From Dimorphilus gyrociliatus (lineage: Eukaryota > Animalia > Annelida): a stretch of DNA of 64,000 bases. Below are positions 39,001-53,173 of the stretch, piece by piece. Positions within the stretch are counted from its first letter, which is position 1, and each line of letters starts with the position of its first letter. The notes beneath the pieces were generated by a model, which worked only from the letters and a program-made list of their open reading frames with translations, had not been told where the DNA came from and searched no databases. The position numbers and the translations under genes were made by a program. The stretch lies in assembly GCA_904063045.1 (NCBI GenBank), contig CAJFCJ010000006.1, forward strand, positions 2,284,946 to 2,348,945. Direction: 5' to 3'.

Positions 39001-41033
39001 GGCCGCAATTGTTTTAATAGTTGTTGGAGGCATCATCCTCCTCATCGGCTTTTTCGGATGTTGCGGTGCCTACAAAGAAAGCTACTGCATGACAATGACA
39101 GTAAATATATTTAAAATTTCTTTCCATTTAATAGAAAGAATAAATGATGACTTTTTTTTTCTAGTTTGCTGTTATACTCGGACTTATTTTCGTCTTGGAA
39201 ATTGCTGTTGGAATTGGCGCTGCTGTGATGAAAAATAAGGTTCGAAAGATTATTGAAGATAAAATGACCGAGTCAATGAAGAACTATAATGATGATCACG
39301 AGGGTGTTAAGAAAGCTTGGGATAGTATGCAAGAGAAGGTTAGTAAATTATTGGATTAATTACAATTTTAAAACAAACTGATTACGTTTAGTTCGAATGT
39401 TGCGGTGTGAAAAATTCTACTGATTGGAACACAACTGTTCCCGATTCTTGTGACTGTCCTGCGGATAAGAAGACGGATGAAAAAATATGTCATAAGGAGG
39501 ATGGCAAAGATATCTTCAAAAGAGGATGTATCGATGGAATTTCGGAATGGGTTGAAAAGAACGTCGTAGTTGTTGTTGGAGTTGGTATCGGATTTGCTTT
39601 CTTGCAGGTACGCATTAGAATCTTTTTTATCTTTTCTTCGTTTCAAAATCTCTTTTCTCTTTTCTTTTTTACCTTTTCAATTAATCAATCAAAAAAAAAA
39701 AACACCATTTCGAAATATTCAAATAACTTTGTAAAACGAGCAGCTTTTCGGAATCTATGCTGCCAAAAAATTGGCTGATGCAATTTTGAAGGGTTATCAC
39801 AGTGTTTGAAGGTAGAGAAAACGCTTTTCAACCCCCTCCTTTCCCTATTCAATATATTTTTCAAACTTTAAGTTGATTAAACAATGATGTATTGTATTAA
39901 TACTCTCTATATAAAAAAAACAAAGAATTAGTCATTATACCTATAGATGCAAAAGAATTTTTGGGTGCATATATTTTGTGTTAATAATGGCTTGGGATAG
40001 GAGAAGAGGTGTGCTTTAAACTGTTGCTTAACCTGTTCTCGTATATAACAATTGGTTTCATTCTAAACATAAAAGCTTTTAGCATTCAAAAAAAAAAACA
40101 AAATGAATAGAAACGAAAAGGTAAAAGTTTTTAGAGAGTTTTTCTGTAAACCCAAATTTTATATACATTTACAATGCTATTTACAATACTATTAAGCCTC
40201 ATTTTCTGATTTCTCTTGAATGATACCAAATTACAGACAGTACAATAAAAACGCATAAAAAAAATTCCTATCCTATTTCAATTTTCGATCGTCTTTTCAT
40301 TCGTGTTTTCAATCGAATATCAATATCTTAACTTTCATTGTCCTGCGAATATTTTTTTGGATAAAAAAGAAAATGAATCTTATATATTTTAATAAATTTT
40401 TCCATACAAAAAAAGACTTTTGCCTTTATTATCCTTCTTTTCTTTCAATTATAATCTAACCCCTTTACAACAGATTATTGGAATATTTATTACGTGCTGT
40501 TTATTGAGAGAATACGATATGTAAAATAGCAAAAACTAAATTTAAAAAAAAAATAAACAAATAATTGAATCCAACATTAAAAAGAAACAAATATGGTAAT
40601 AAATAAATTGATTATAATAATTAAGGAATGGAGAAAAGATGCTATAGATAGATATAGTTGTATCTATTTATAGTTTTTTTTTATTTTTTTATTTTTTTCT
40701 AGAAAAAAAAAGAGCAATAGAAGAGTTTCTCTCAAATATTCCTTTTCTTTTTATCTGTTTGCTAAAAAGTCTATTCTTTTCTTTTTATTGTTTTGAAAAG
40801 GGTTCGCACAAAAATTTATAGGAAGATAACTGTATATATATATATATATATATACATATATATATACACAGTTTGTCCATATTTGGTGGAGCTAAATTTT
40901 TAATGAATTATCATTAATTGAATTGAACTAATTAATTTATTTTTTGTTGTTTTTTTCTTTTACACAGTTGATTGGTATCGCTTTCGCTTGCTGCTTAGCC
41001 AGGACCATTAAAAAGGAATACGAAGTCGTCTAA
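36090..41033 (+). CDS. CD63: CD63-like tetraspanin with two alternative terminal exons
   Basis: Exons 36090-36152, 38912-39100, 39165-39338 and 39392-39607, then either 39744-39809 or 40968-41033. Contains MVEGGMKCVKYLLFTFN, GFFGCCGAYKESYC, FECCG, PDSC and C-terminal YxxPhi tails. Confidence 0.9.
36842..36864. repeat. GA-rich simple repeat in CD63 intron 1
   Basis: agagagagagagagagggagaga; a second GA-rich tract lies at ~37833-37862. Confidence 0.85.
37002..37009. promoter_or_regulatory. Perfect CRE palindrome TGACGTCA in CD63 intron 1
   Basis: Exact 8-mer within a locally GC-richer patch. Confidence 0.35.
40833..40866. repeat. (TA)n microsatellite in the intron before the distal CD63 terminal exon
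   Basis: tatatata... run with one interruption, about 100 nt before the acceptor at 40967. Confidence 0.9.
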
Positions 41034-42556
41034 ATATTTAAATATAACGCCTTATTTAAAAAAAGCGTTTAAAAGTTTATATATTTATATATATATACAA
41101 AAAAAAGTTATACTAAAAGAAAAAAGTATATTGTATGTTTAATTGTCATAAAAATTTAGCTAAAACTATGTTTTAAATCTTTCATACAAAAGCTAAATTT
41201 TTAAACGGAAAAAGTAAGAAAGTATCTCTAATACTTGATTAGTTTTTCAGTCTAATATATAACTAATATAACCCTCTGCCCTTTTTTTTTGTCAATTAGG
41301 TAGCTCTATTACATATATAAGTAGACATATGTTTTATGCTTTAGGAACAAACTATAGAAAAACTATGAACAGCGCACACGTATAATAAAATATATTATGT
41401 ACGTCGGTTTAAAAAGATTGTTAATATGATTTTAAAATGGAGAATTAATTGGAAAAGGATAATTTCGCATTTTTTTCTTAAACTTCTCTTTTAAGCCGTA
41501 AAAATATGACATAAATAGGAAAAAATATAACGAAACAGAAAAAAATTGTTTGCAAATCCTATGCATGATTTAAAAAACGAAAACTTGATCCCCATAATTG
41601 AAAACAAAAAACTATAGTCATTAACAAAAATCTGCATTGTACTCGTTTAAGTGTTCGATTTTTTGTGTGTGTTTTATTATATATCTGTAAATACTCTGTT
41701 GATTTGCAGACTAAAAAAAAAACGCGCATTTAGAGCTTACTTCGGTAATTCATATTATTTTGTTCTCTAAAATATGCTTAAGAAATTTTGGATGTCGTAA
41801 AACAAAGCATTAAACAGTTATTTTCCTTATAACATTCGGTGAAAGTCCACTTAATAAAAATCAATAGAATTGTATATGTTTTATTTTTTATCTTATCAAA
41901 TAGTTTTCATCATAATTAGATTTTATAGCATCCTTATTTCCTAGTAGGGAATATTTAGTTATTATTTCTATTTATTCAGTATTATACTATCACTTGAGAG
42001 AAGAAGGAAAAGAGAGATAAAAAGCGAAAAGACAGAGAGATAGGGAGGTGCAGCAAGAAGGGATGCTGGATATTTTCATAGTAGAGTAATCCTTGTCTAA
42101 CATATACATCACTAGCTTCCCTCTTTTCTTACGCTATTTTTTTATTGATCCATTAAATCTTAGTCCAGAATCTCTACGATAAGCAAACAAACAAACAAGC
42201 TCGTACCGCAATACTAATTTGCTTGGTAAGTTTTCCATTGATCCTCAAGTCATCTGGCCATAAAAATTCATTATTTTATTGAAAATGTTAATAGAGTAAA
42301 TTAAATAAATAAGCTTTTTTTTCCCTTTTATGACTTTATTCTAGCTTTCAAAAGGCAATTTATATATCTTTATTTTAATTTATTTATGAACAACGATAGC
42401 CTTGTCGTCACCAAATATTAATTATAGTATCAATTTCATCTATAAGTAAATAAGGCCAAGGTTAATGATCCGATGTAAAAGTTAAAAATATAAAAGAAGC
42501 AGAAAAGTTGTGTGCTTAAATGAAGAATGTAATTAGTCTAACAAAACAGACTTTTC

Positions 42557-43382
42557 TTAGGCTTCGGTCAGATCATCGTTAAAATATAAATGGATTGCTT
42601 GCAGGAAAGTATCATCATTCATCCCTAACTCGTAGAAATCACCATCTTCATCAATGATATTATTTTCGGCCAGGGTCTTATCCATTTCTAAATTTAGGCA
42701 ATCGTATTTCCAAGTGTAGCTGGAAGCGTGAGCATTGAATTTAAGATAACGTTGTAAAATCTCTTCCATAGTTTCCTCGGAACAAACCTAAAAATAGAAT
42801 AAATCAAACAAATTATTTATCAAATTTTTCATTCCTTCTCTTATTTACTTCGATTATCTCATCTTGGGAAGTAAGCGTATTTATGATTTTAATATTTCGA
42901 GTTTTAATCGATAATAGACCAATGCAGTAACTTTCATCCCTCCACCATGGACGACCAAAATCATTAGCCCAATTTGAGTCTGGAAATGGTGGTGGGACAT
43001 GAACAAAACGACCGTGTGGTGTATAAGGAATTCTACATCCTGTCAATGGGTCAATATGGCTTCTTATCTGTAACATTTGTATTCATAATAAAGATATTAC
43101 AACGACTAATCAAATCTTACGTTCTTTGTTTTTGGATCAAACCAATGTGATATATCTGTGCCTCCAGCCTGTACAATTGGTTTCAACAAAATTTCACCTA
43201 GTTGAACCATCTATTAAATATTGGCTAAGATCTTGAAAAATTTGAAACAAACCCTTATATTTTTCGCATAATGGGGTTAAGTTAAAAACTTTTCCTAAGA
43301 ATGATACCCATAAGTCCTCTGGCGTATTATGTACACTAACTTCTTTTGGAGTATAGAACTTCGGTCGAACGATGCCCGGCAT
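42557..43382 (-). CDS. CYB5D1: Cytochrome b5 domain-containing protein 1
   Basis: [74 protein letters not shown]-like segment and [13 protein letters not shown]. Confidence 0.95.
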
Positions 43383-44777
43383 TTTTGTTGTTATAACAAC
43401 CGCACGATATCTTCGTACTTTACTACAGCATTTTTTTCAAATAATATTATCATTATACGCTAAAATTATAAATATAAGGAAAAATTTAGTAAATGAAAAA
43501 TTTTACGAAAATGACTATTCTGTATAATTCATATACCTTTTCAAACGTACGAATATCAATAAATTATTCTGCTTAACCAATAACCTCCACTAAACAAACT
43601 TACAAATTTTATATAATGTTCTAACTCTATTTCTTTATCCGATAGTGTCTTTCCCCTTAGAAACAAAAGAGGAATATTTTCTATGAACTTAAAAAAACTC
43701 ACCAACCGTGCTATTTTAATAAAAACACGCAACCTAATAAATGTTATATCTAGTTAAATGTTACTATGTTTATAATGGATTAATTTAAACAATGTAGTTT
43801 AAATTGATAGGCTTTTTTTTACCGACTTGTCTTCTTCTTTAAATTTAACATTTATCCTTAGTTAATAATTTCAATGTCTATGAAAGAAATTATTACAATA
43901 TGGTCCTTACAGATATATACATGAATTCATTTAAAAGCCTTTATAAAGAATTACTTTCCCACGAATTAGTGAAAAGAAAACCCGTTGCATGATAATGTAT
44001 ATACCTGATTATTTTTGTAATCATGACTTTTAATAATTAATGGCTTTTTGTTCTAAAAACGAATATGCTCTCTCCGCGTGACTGGTTAGGAGTTGAAATG
44101 TTCTAGTTACTAATTTGTGATACCTTTATAAATAGTTATTCCAATAGTTATCGACTTGATAACATAGTAAATAATATAATCTATACAAAATTAATTAACC
44201 TGAGAAATTCCTAGAAAATATCGTTATAGAACTGATTTATGCCTACGAAAATTAAGAATTTGGAAGATATATCATATTCACTACAATTTTATTAAACTAG
44301 TCATAAATCTATCCTAATTATTAGAACTTAGGAAATGGAATGGAAGATTTTCTTCTCCTTTTAATCGATTTTTGTTAATAAAGTAAAATGTAAAGTTGAG
44401 TTGTTTTAAAACGTTGATCAATAATTAATCATTTTGAAAATAATATATTTAGCGTTCTTATATGTTAAAAAATTCTTATTTATTATTCTCGGAACTCGAA
44501 TGGTATTAATTTTTTGTATCAGTTTGTCAACTTTTCCTCAATTATTGTATTAGAATTACAGCAGGAGAATATGTAATTTCTATCATTTTTCTTCTGTAAA
44601 AACACAGTTTTTAATGCATAGTATATGATGTCTTTACGATTTTTAATCATGACTTTACAAAATCCAATCCAATGCATTCCTTAATGATATATGCTGAATT
44701 TTTTCTTGTTTAGATAACTAAAAATAATTATATTTCATGCTGGTCAGCTGTTTTACATTTGTACGAAACTATCTAAT

Positions 44778-45972
44778 ATGTCTGCCGCTATACTATTGCT
44801 TCAATCATGTAAACATGCCTCTCGAAAAACTTCACGGTCTCTATATAGGGAATTGTCCAGTATAACTGGTAATAGAAAAACAGATATAGTAATCGATACG
44901 TTAACATTGGGTAGAGCAGAAAGATGGCTGAAGAAATATGAGGATTTCATAGGTCTTACAGAAGTTCGTGAAGCCCAGAGAAATGTCATAGAGGTTAGCC
45001 GGCTCTCTATTGTAGAGTAACTATAATATAAATTATGAAGTAACAATAGTATTGTAAAGTAGAGTAAACTAATTATTCAATATTCTAAATTTGTTAATAA
45101 GGTTTATTACTATCATTTAATTTTAGTTCGAAAAAGATTTTCTTGAATCGCAAACCGTTCGCAGAGAGCGCCAAGCAGAATTATCAAAAGTTCAATCCCA
45201 ATTGAGAGATATAGGATCAAAATTGGATAAAGTTCAGAGAGGAGATGAAAGATATTTACAACTATTAACGGAAGAGCATAAAATTATCAAAGCTGAAAAC
45301 GACTTAACTAAAAGATTAGAAGCAGATGAAAAGCTTGAGCGTCACTTGTTTGCAAACCTTTCTTCCGCTGTGAGAGAATCTCATGAAAAGGAACGAACAA
45401 GAACGGAAAGAACAAAGTATTGGTCTATTATTGGGTCTTGTGTAGGAGCTCTGATTGGTATTTTAGGCACAACAATAAATAATTATCTAAGAATGCGGCA
45501 GCTCAGAGAGTTGATTAGTGATTCCACTCAAGATGGTGCAGAACTTAGAAAGGTCGTTTCATCACTGTCAACGGCCATAAATACAGAGCATGAGAATATG
45601 AATAAATTTGTAGGCGATTTAAAAGAAGCAATAGGCTCGGAGGATAAACCGGCATTACTATTATCCAACCAATTCGATTTCAAAGATAGAGAGAAGCTTG
45701 AAGCGCAAACTCAACGAATACTTAGTGCTGTGAAAATGGAAGAAGATGAATTAAAGAGGCATATGGAAGAGATTAAGTCAGCATTAGCTATAGGACATAA
45801 AGGTGAAGGCTCTGTTGTTTACGTTGGACCAGACTTGCAGGAAATACTTGATGAGAACGAAAAAAAAATAGAAGTACAAATGAAAGTGAATGCTTTATGG
45901 ACTGTAACGGCTATATATGGTGCTGTAATGTTAACAGCTCCTCTCCTATTTTACTTCCTAAAGAACTCATAG
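44778..45972 (+). CDS. CCDC51: CCDC51 / mitochondrial potassium channel pore subunit (2 exons)
   Basis: KYEDFIGLTEVREAQRNV, RGDERYLQLLTEEH, LSSAVRESHEKERTRTERTKYWSIIGSCVGALIG, and a C-terminal TM segment. Confidence 0.93.
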
Positions 45973-46862
45973 GCAAATTAGCTTAATAAAACTTTATAAA
46001 CCTAACGGTCTTTAATAAGACCAGAACGGACAAAAAATTGCATGTTATAAAAATACACAACCTTCATTGAGGAAAGTTATAGAAAATACATTAAGAGTAT
46101 TAATATATCTATCAGTTTTGGATTACAAAGAAATTAAATAAATTCTATCCAAGAAATAAGCTTTATATAGGATCGTAGTGACTTAGATCGCTTATCAGAG
46201 TTATCTATATTCTTTTAGTCAGCCTGTTGTTAATTTCAAAGCATATTTGTATTCAAGTATTTTTTTCCACGAAAAAAATTTTACTAACAATTCAGAACAT
46301 AAGAGGAACAAAATGCATAGGCTTAATCATAGCCATATTAGAAGTTCAGACTAAAAAATTGAGTTGTACAATGCAAAACACACGTACAGTCAAAATCTCT
46401 ATTCAGTTATAAACAAACTATCGATAATTACTCCGAAGCTAACTTGAAAGGTTCAGCTAAATAGATGCAGAAAATAATTAAACTTTTATCTTAATCGGTT
46501 TTTTTACTCGGAAATTACTGCAATACTAAATTGTTAATCTTTCACCAGCTGTCAGCAGAAATTTGTAATGAATGTTATAGGCCTAAGATTTTTCGTTAAA
46601 AAATAAAGAAAATATACCTCCTTACAGTATCTGGAATTGTCTTATTGTAAAAACAAAAAAAAAGAAAAAGCTGAATATCAATGTCAACCAAAAAGTTATG
46701 AAAACTTGTATATTTAACGGTAATTATGGTTTCAGTGAGGTCCTTATTAATATTCAACGCGTGTTTCGTCCATGTTTGAATTTATAATAAATATGGTTAA
46801 CAGAAAAATTTTCTTTCAAATATGCAGTGGAAAAAAATTAAAAAAAAAAAACAAAACAAAAT

Positions 46863-50266
<3,404 letters not shown>

Positions 50267-50819
50267 CTTTCCTGAGGAAAACAAGACTATTGAAGAGAAT
50301 TTGCATCATAATTAGTACGATTTGTAAGACCAATTTATTAGGCTGAAGGTTTTCTTAAACTTTGTCACGTTATTCATATACAAAGAGAAGATGTTGCATA
50401 ACACTACTCAAAACTTATTTTCAATATCTAACGGTAAAGTACTCAATCTTTCCTGGATTTAATTTATATGATTGCTATGTGTTCACTACAATTTCTACTA
50501 TAAATTGAAGTTGTCGCCTCCTTATTCTTGATCAAGAAACAATAGGATTTATCCTGTCAACTTATCAAAGCTACAATTGACCAAGACCAAATCAGTTTTA
50601 GTACTTTATAGATTTTATGGTCATATTTACTTCACTAGAATCGTTTTATATCTTACAGTACAAATTGAAAATTAACGTATTTGAGCCTTGATTGATGAAA
50701 ACGTCTATCAAGGATTCATTCCAACAAAATCACTTACCGAGTAGCTTCGCTTCGGGAATACGGTCAGGAGCGGATATAGTTATATCTTGACAGAGCTCAA
50801 ACAAATTAGGAATAACAAA

Positions 50820-50856
50820 ATGGCGGTCACATATAAAAGTGTCTTAAGACCGCCAT
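50820..50856. promoter_or_regulatory. Inverted pair of YY1-like motifs flanking TATAAAA
   Basis: ATGGCGGTC (50820-50828) and its exact reverse complement GACCGCCAT (50848-50856) lie in the divergent gap. Confidence 0.45.
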
Positions 50857-51485
50857 GTTTAAAACCGTTTTATTTTTTAACGTACGAACTTTTCCAAAAT
50901 ATTCTTTGGTATTGCTAAAAATGAGACGTATCGCAAATGTAAAATTATCACCAATTTTATAATTTCTTTATCGTTTAGTTCATCCTAATGCTTTTTATCT
51001 GTAAATAAGTTTTAAAATTTTACAATACAGACACTTATATTAAAGTTTACCTTTACATTTATAACTTTTATGTACAAATTTAAATTTAAGTAAAGTCCAT
51101 TTTTCTTAGTTGACATTCTATGTACTTATTTTCCAGATTGAACTATTTTATAATAAACAAGGTGTTTGGGCTAAACTTTAGTATAACCTCTTAAGAAGCA
51201 GTTGTCTTAGAATTTCTTCAATGAAAGCTGTGTCTTATAAAAAATTTTATCATTGATAAAAATTCGTAGAAATTATGAATTTTAAAAATGGTTTCATTTA
51301 TTTATAAAATTTTTAGAAAATTAAATTAATATTAAGGAAAAAGTTAATGTATAATAAGATTTTTAGTTTTTATCGAAGGTTTAATCATTGACGTTATTAC
51401 GCGCTATTCCTTCCAGTATTTAGTAATTTCCTTTTTTAAAAATACGAAAAGTATTGAAGTGGATAATTATTTAAACTTCGTTATT

Positions 51486-52393
51486 ATGGAAGAATTATTG
51501 AACGAAATTGTCGAAAAAACAGTTGAAATTGTACAAAAGAATAGCGGAAGTATGAAAATTGATCTTCAATCTTTAAAATCCGTAAGTAAATTCATTAATC
51601 ATTAACTTATGTTAAAACCCTTAAAAAACCTTATAATTCTCTCAGTGCTGGTATTTAAACCATAAATTATTTAGGAATAAATGTAGACTACTGCTTTGTA
51701 ATGTAAGTTATCACGATCGCGTGTAATTGCGTAAAAATCAGTCTTTTGTTGGCAATAAGTTAAAAAGATCTCATCACCAAGTAACGAACTACTAACCAAT
51801 CGTAACCGAAATCGTAAACGTTAACGCAATTTCAAAAAACACATTATTTTTAGCCGAAACATAAACAAGGCATGTTTAATTTTAGATACAAGGCGATATA
51901 CCAAAATCTCTCTCTGTATTTGCACCCTTTTCATTTATTTATCCAACAGACACTAAAACAGTCAGCTTTGAAGGAATTAAATGATAAAAGGAATGAAGAC
52001 TTAGCAGCAGTTAATTTTCAGAAGGAACTGATTCTAAGGCAAGAACGAGAGCACAGGGCGAGAATTGCAGTAGAGGATCGAATATACTACGGTAAAAAAT
52101 GTGGAAAATTGATGAGAGAAATATGCAAGTTGGATGTAAAAAGATGCTCAGAAGCAATAGTTAAATTAGATGAAAGCACCGACACTTCAGTTTTCGCACC
52201 AACATTACAACATACCGAATTGAGAGATATAGAAAATCGGATTTCAGAAATCAATAGGAATTTAACGGTAAAATTATTTTTAAATAGTATATCATAAGAA
52301 TTCAAAAACTCTAATTTACTTTCGTTTAAAAAGATGGCAGAGAGAGATAATAAAACGATGAAGAAAGTGTCAACAATGGAAAAGTTACTTTGA
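51486..52393 (+). CDS. Uncharacterised ~157-aa helical/coiled-coil protein (3 exons)
   Basis: Exons 51486-51581, 51950-52267 and 52334-52393 are all phase 0, with GTAAGT/CAG and GTAAAA/AAG junctions, and give one continuous frame. Confidence 0.6.
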
Positions 52394-53173
52394 TATAGGT
52401 TACATTAGTTTTATTTGCTAACATATATAAAATATATATATATATATATATTTATATATACGTAGATATGAAAAGTTTTCATACTTGTGTCTAATACTTT
52501 TATTCTTTCCAGTTTTTTTGTTTTTGTCAAATTATCCATATATGGTATAATTACTTCAAAAAAAGCTCTTAATAAGATCGTTGTTTTTAGAAAACAAAAA
52601 TATTATTTATTTACAATATTGCGTCGTATATAATAAAACAACTTTGACAGATATTTTAATCCTAACTTTTCATATATCTATTATTAATAATAATTGTCTT
52701 CCATTAATTATTTTTCATGTTAACATATTCTAGAATCCTTCTTTTTTTTTTTGCAAAACGAAAAAACAAATATATTTATTAAGTTAATAATGTAAGGTAG
52801 AATCTTGTTATATGCCACATAATGTATAATAAATCGGAAATCTCCTAGTGATGCAGTGTGAATGAAAAAAAAGAAAGCAACGAAATATAACCAGCTAAGC
52901 ACCGATACTGTTTTTTTTCTCTTCTAATGGTTCATATTTGAAATATATAGAATTTCATTTAATATTAAATATATATATATTTATATATATACTGTATATG
53001 TTAGTATACATATATATATATAAATGTAAACGTCTTCTTTTTTATTTTGTGCACATGTTGTATGCATATGTTACAAAAAGGCCATTGACTCCACATATAC
53101 ATATACAATTTACATGCAGTTAATTTGTTTTAGTATTGTCTCTGCAGATGAATATTCACCACATTGTTTTATG

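Noticed and set aside
46200-46700. Exon-like pieces between CCDC51 and HDGFL2 (ORF 46227-46412; a 23-nt AG..GT segment at ~46620-46642)
   Set aside because: No start-to-stop model or homology; most simply explained as 3'UTR sequence.
50735-50770. gtagcttcgcttcggg resembling the 5' end of U6 snRNA
   Set aside because: The similarity stops after ~10 nt and there is no ACAGAGA box; it is the 5'UTR exon of the HDGFL2-like gene.
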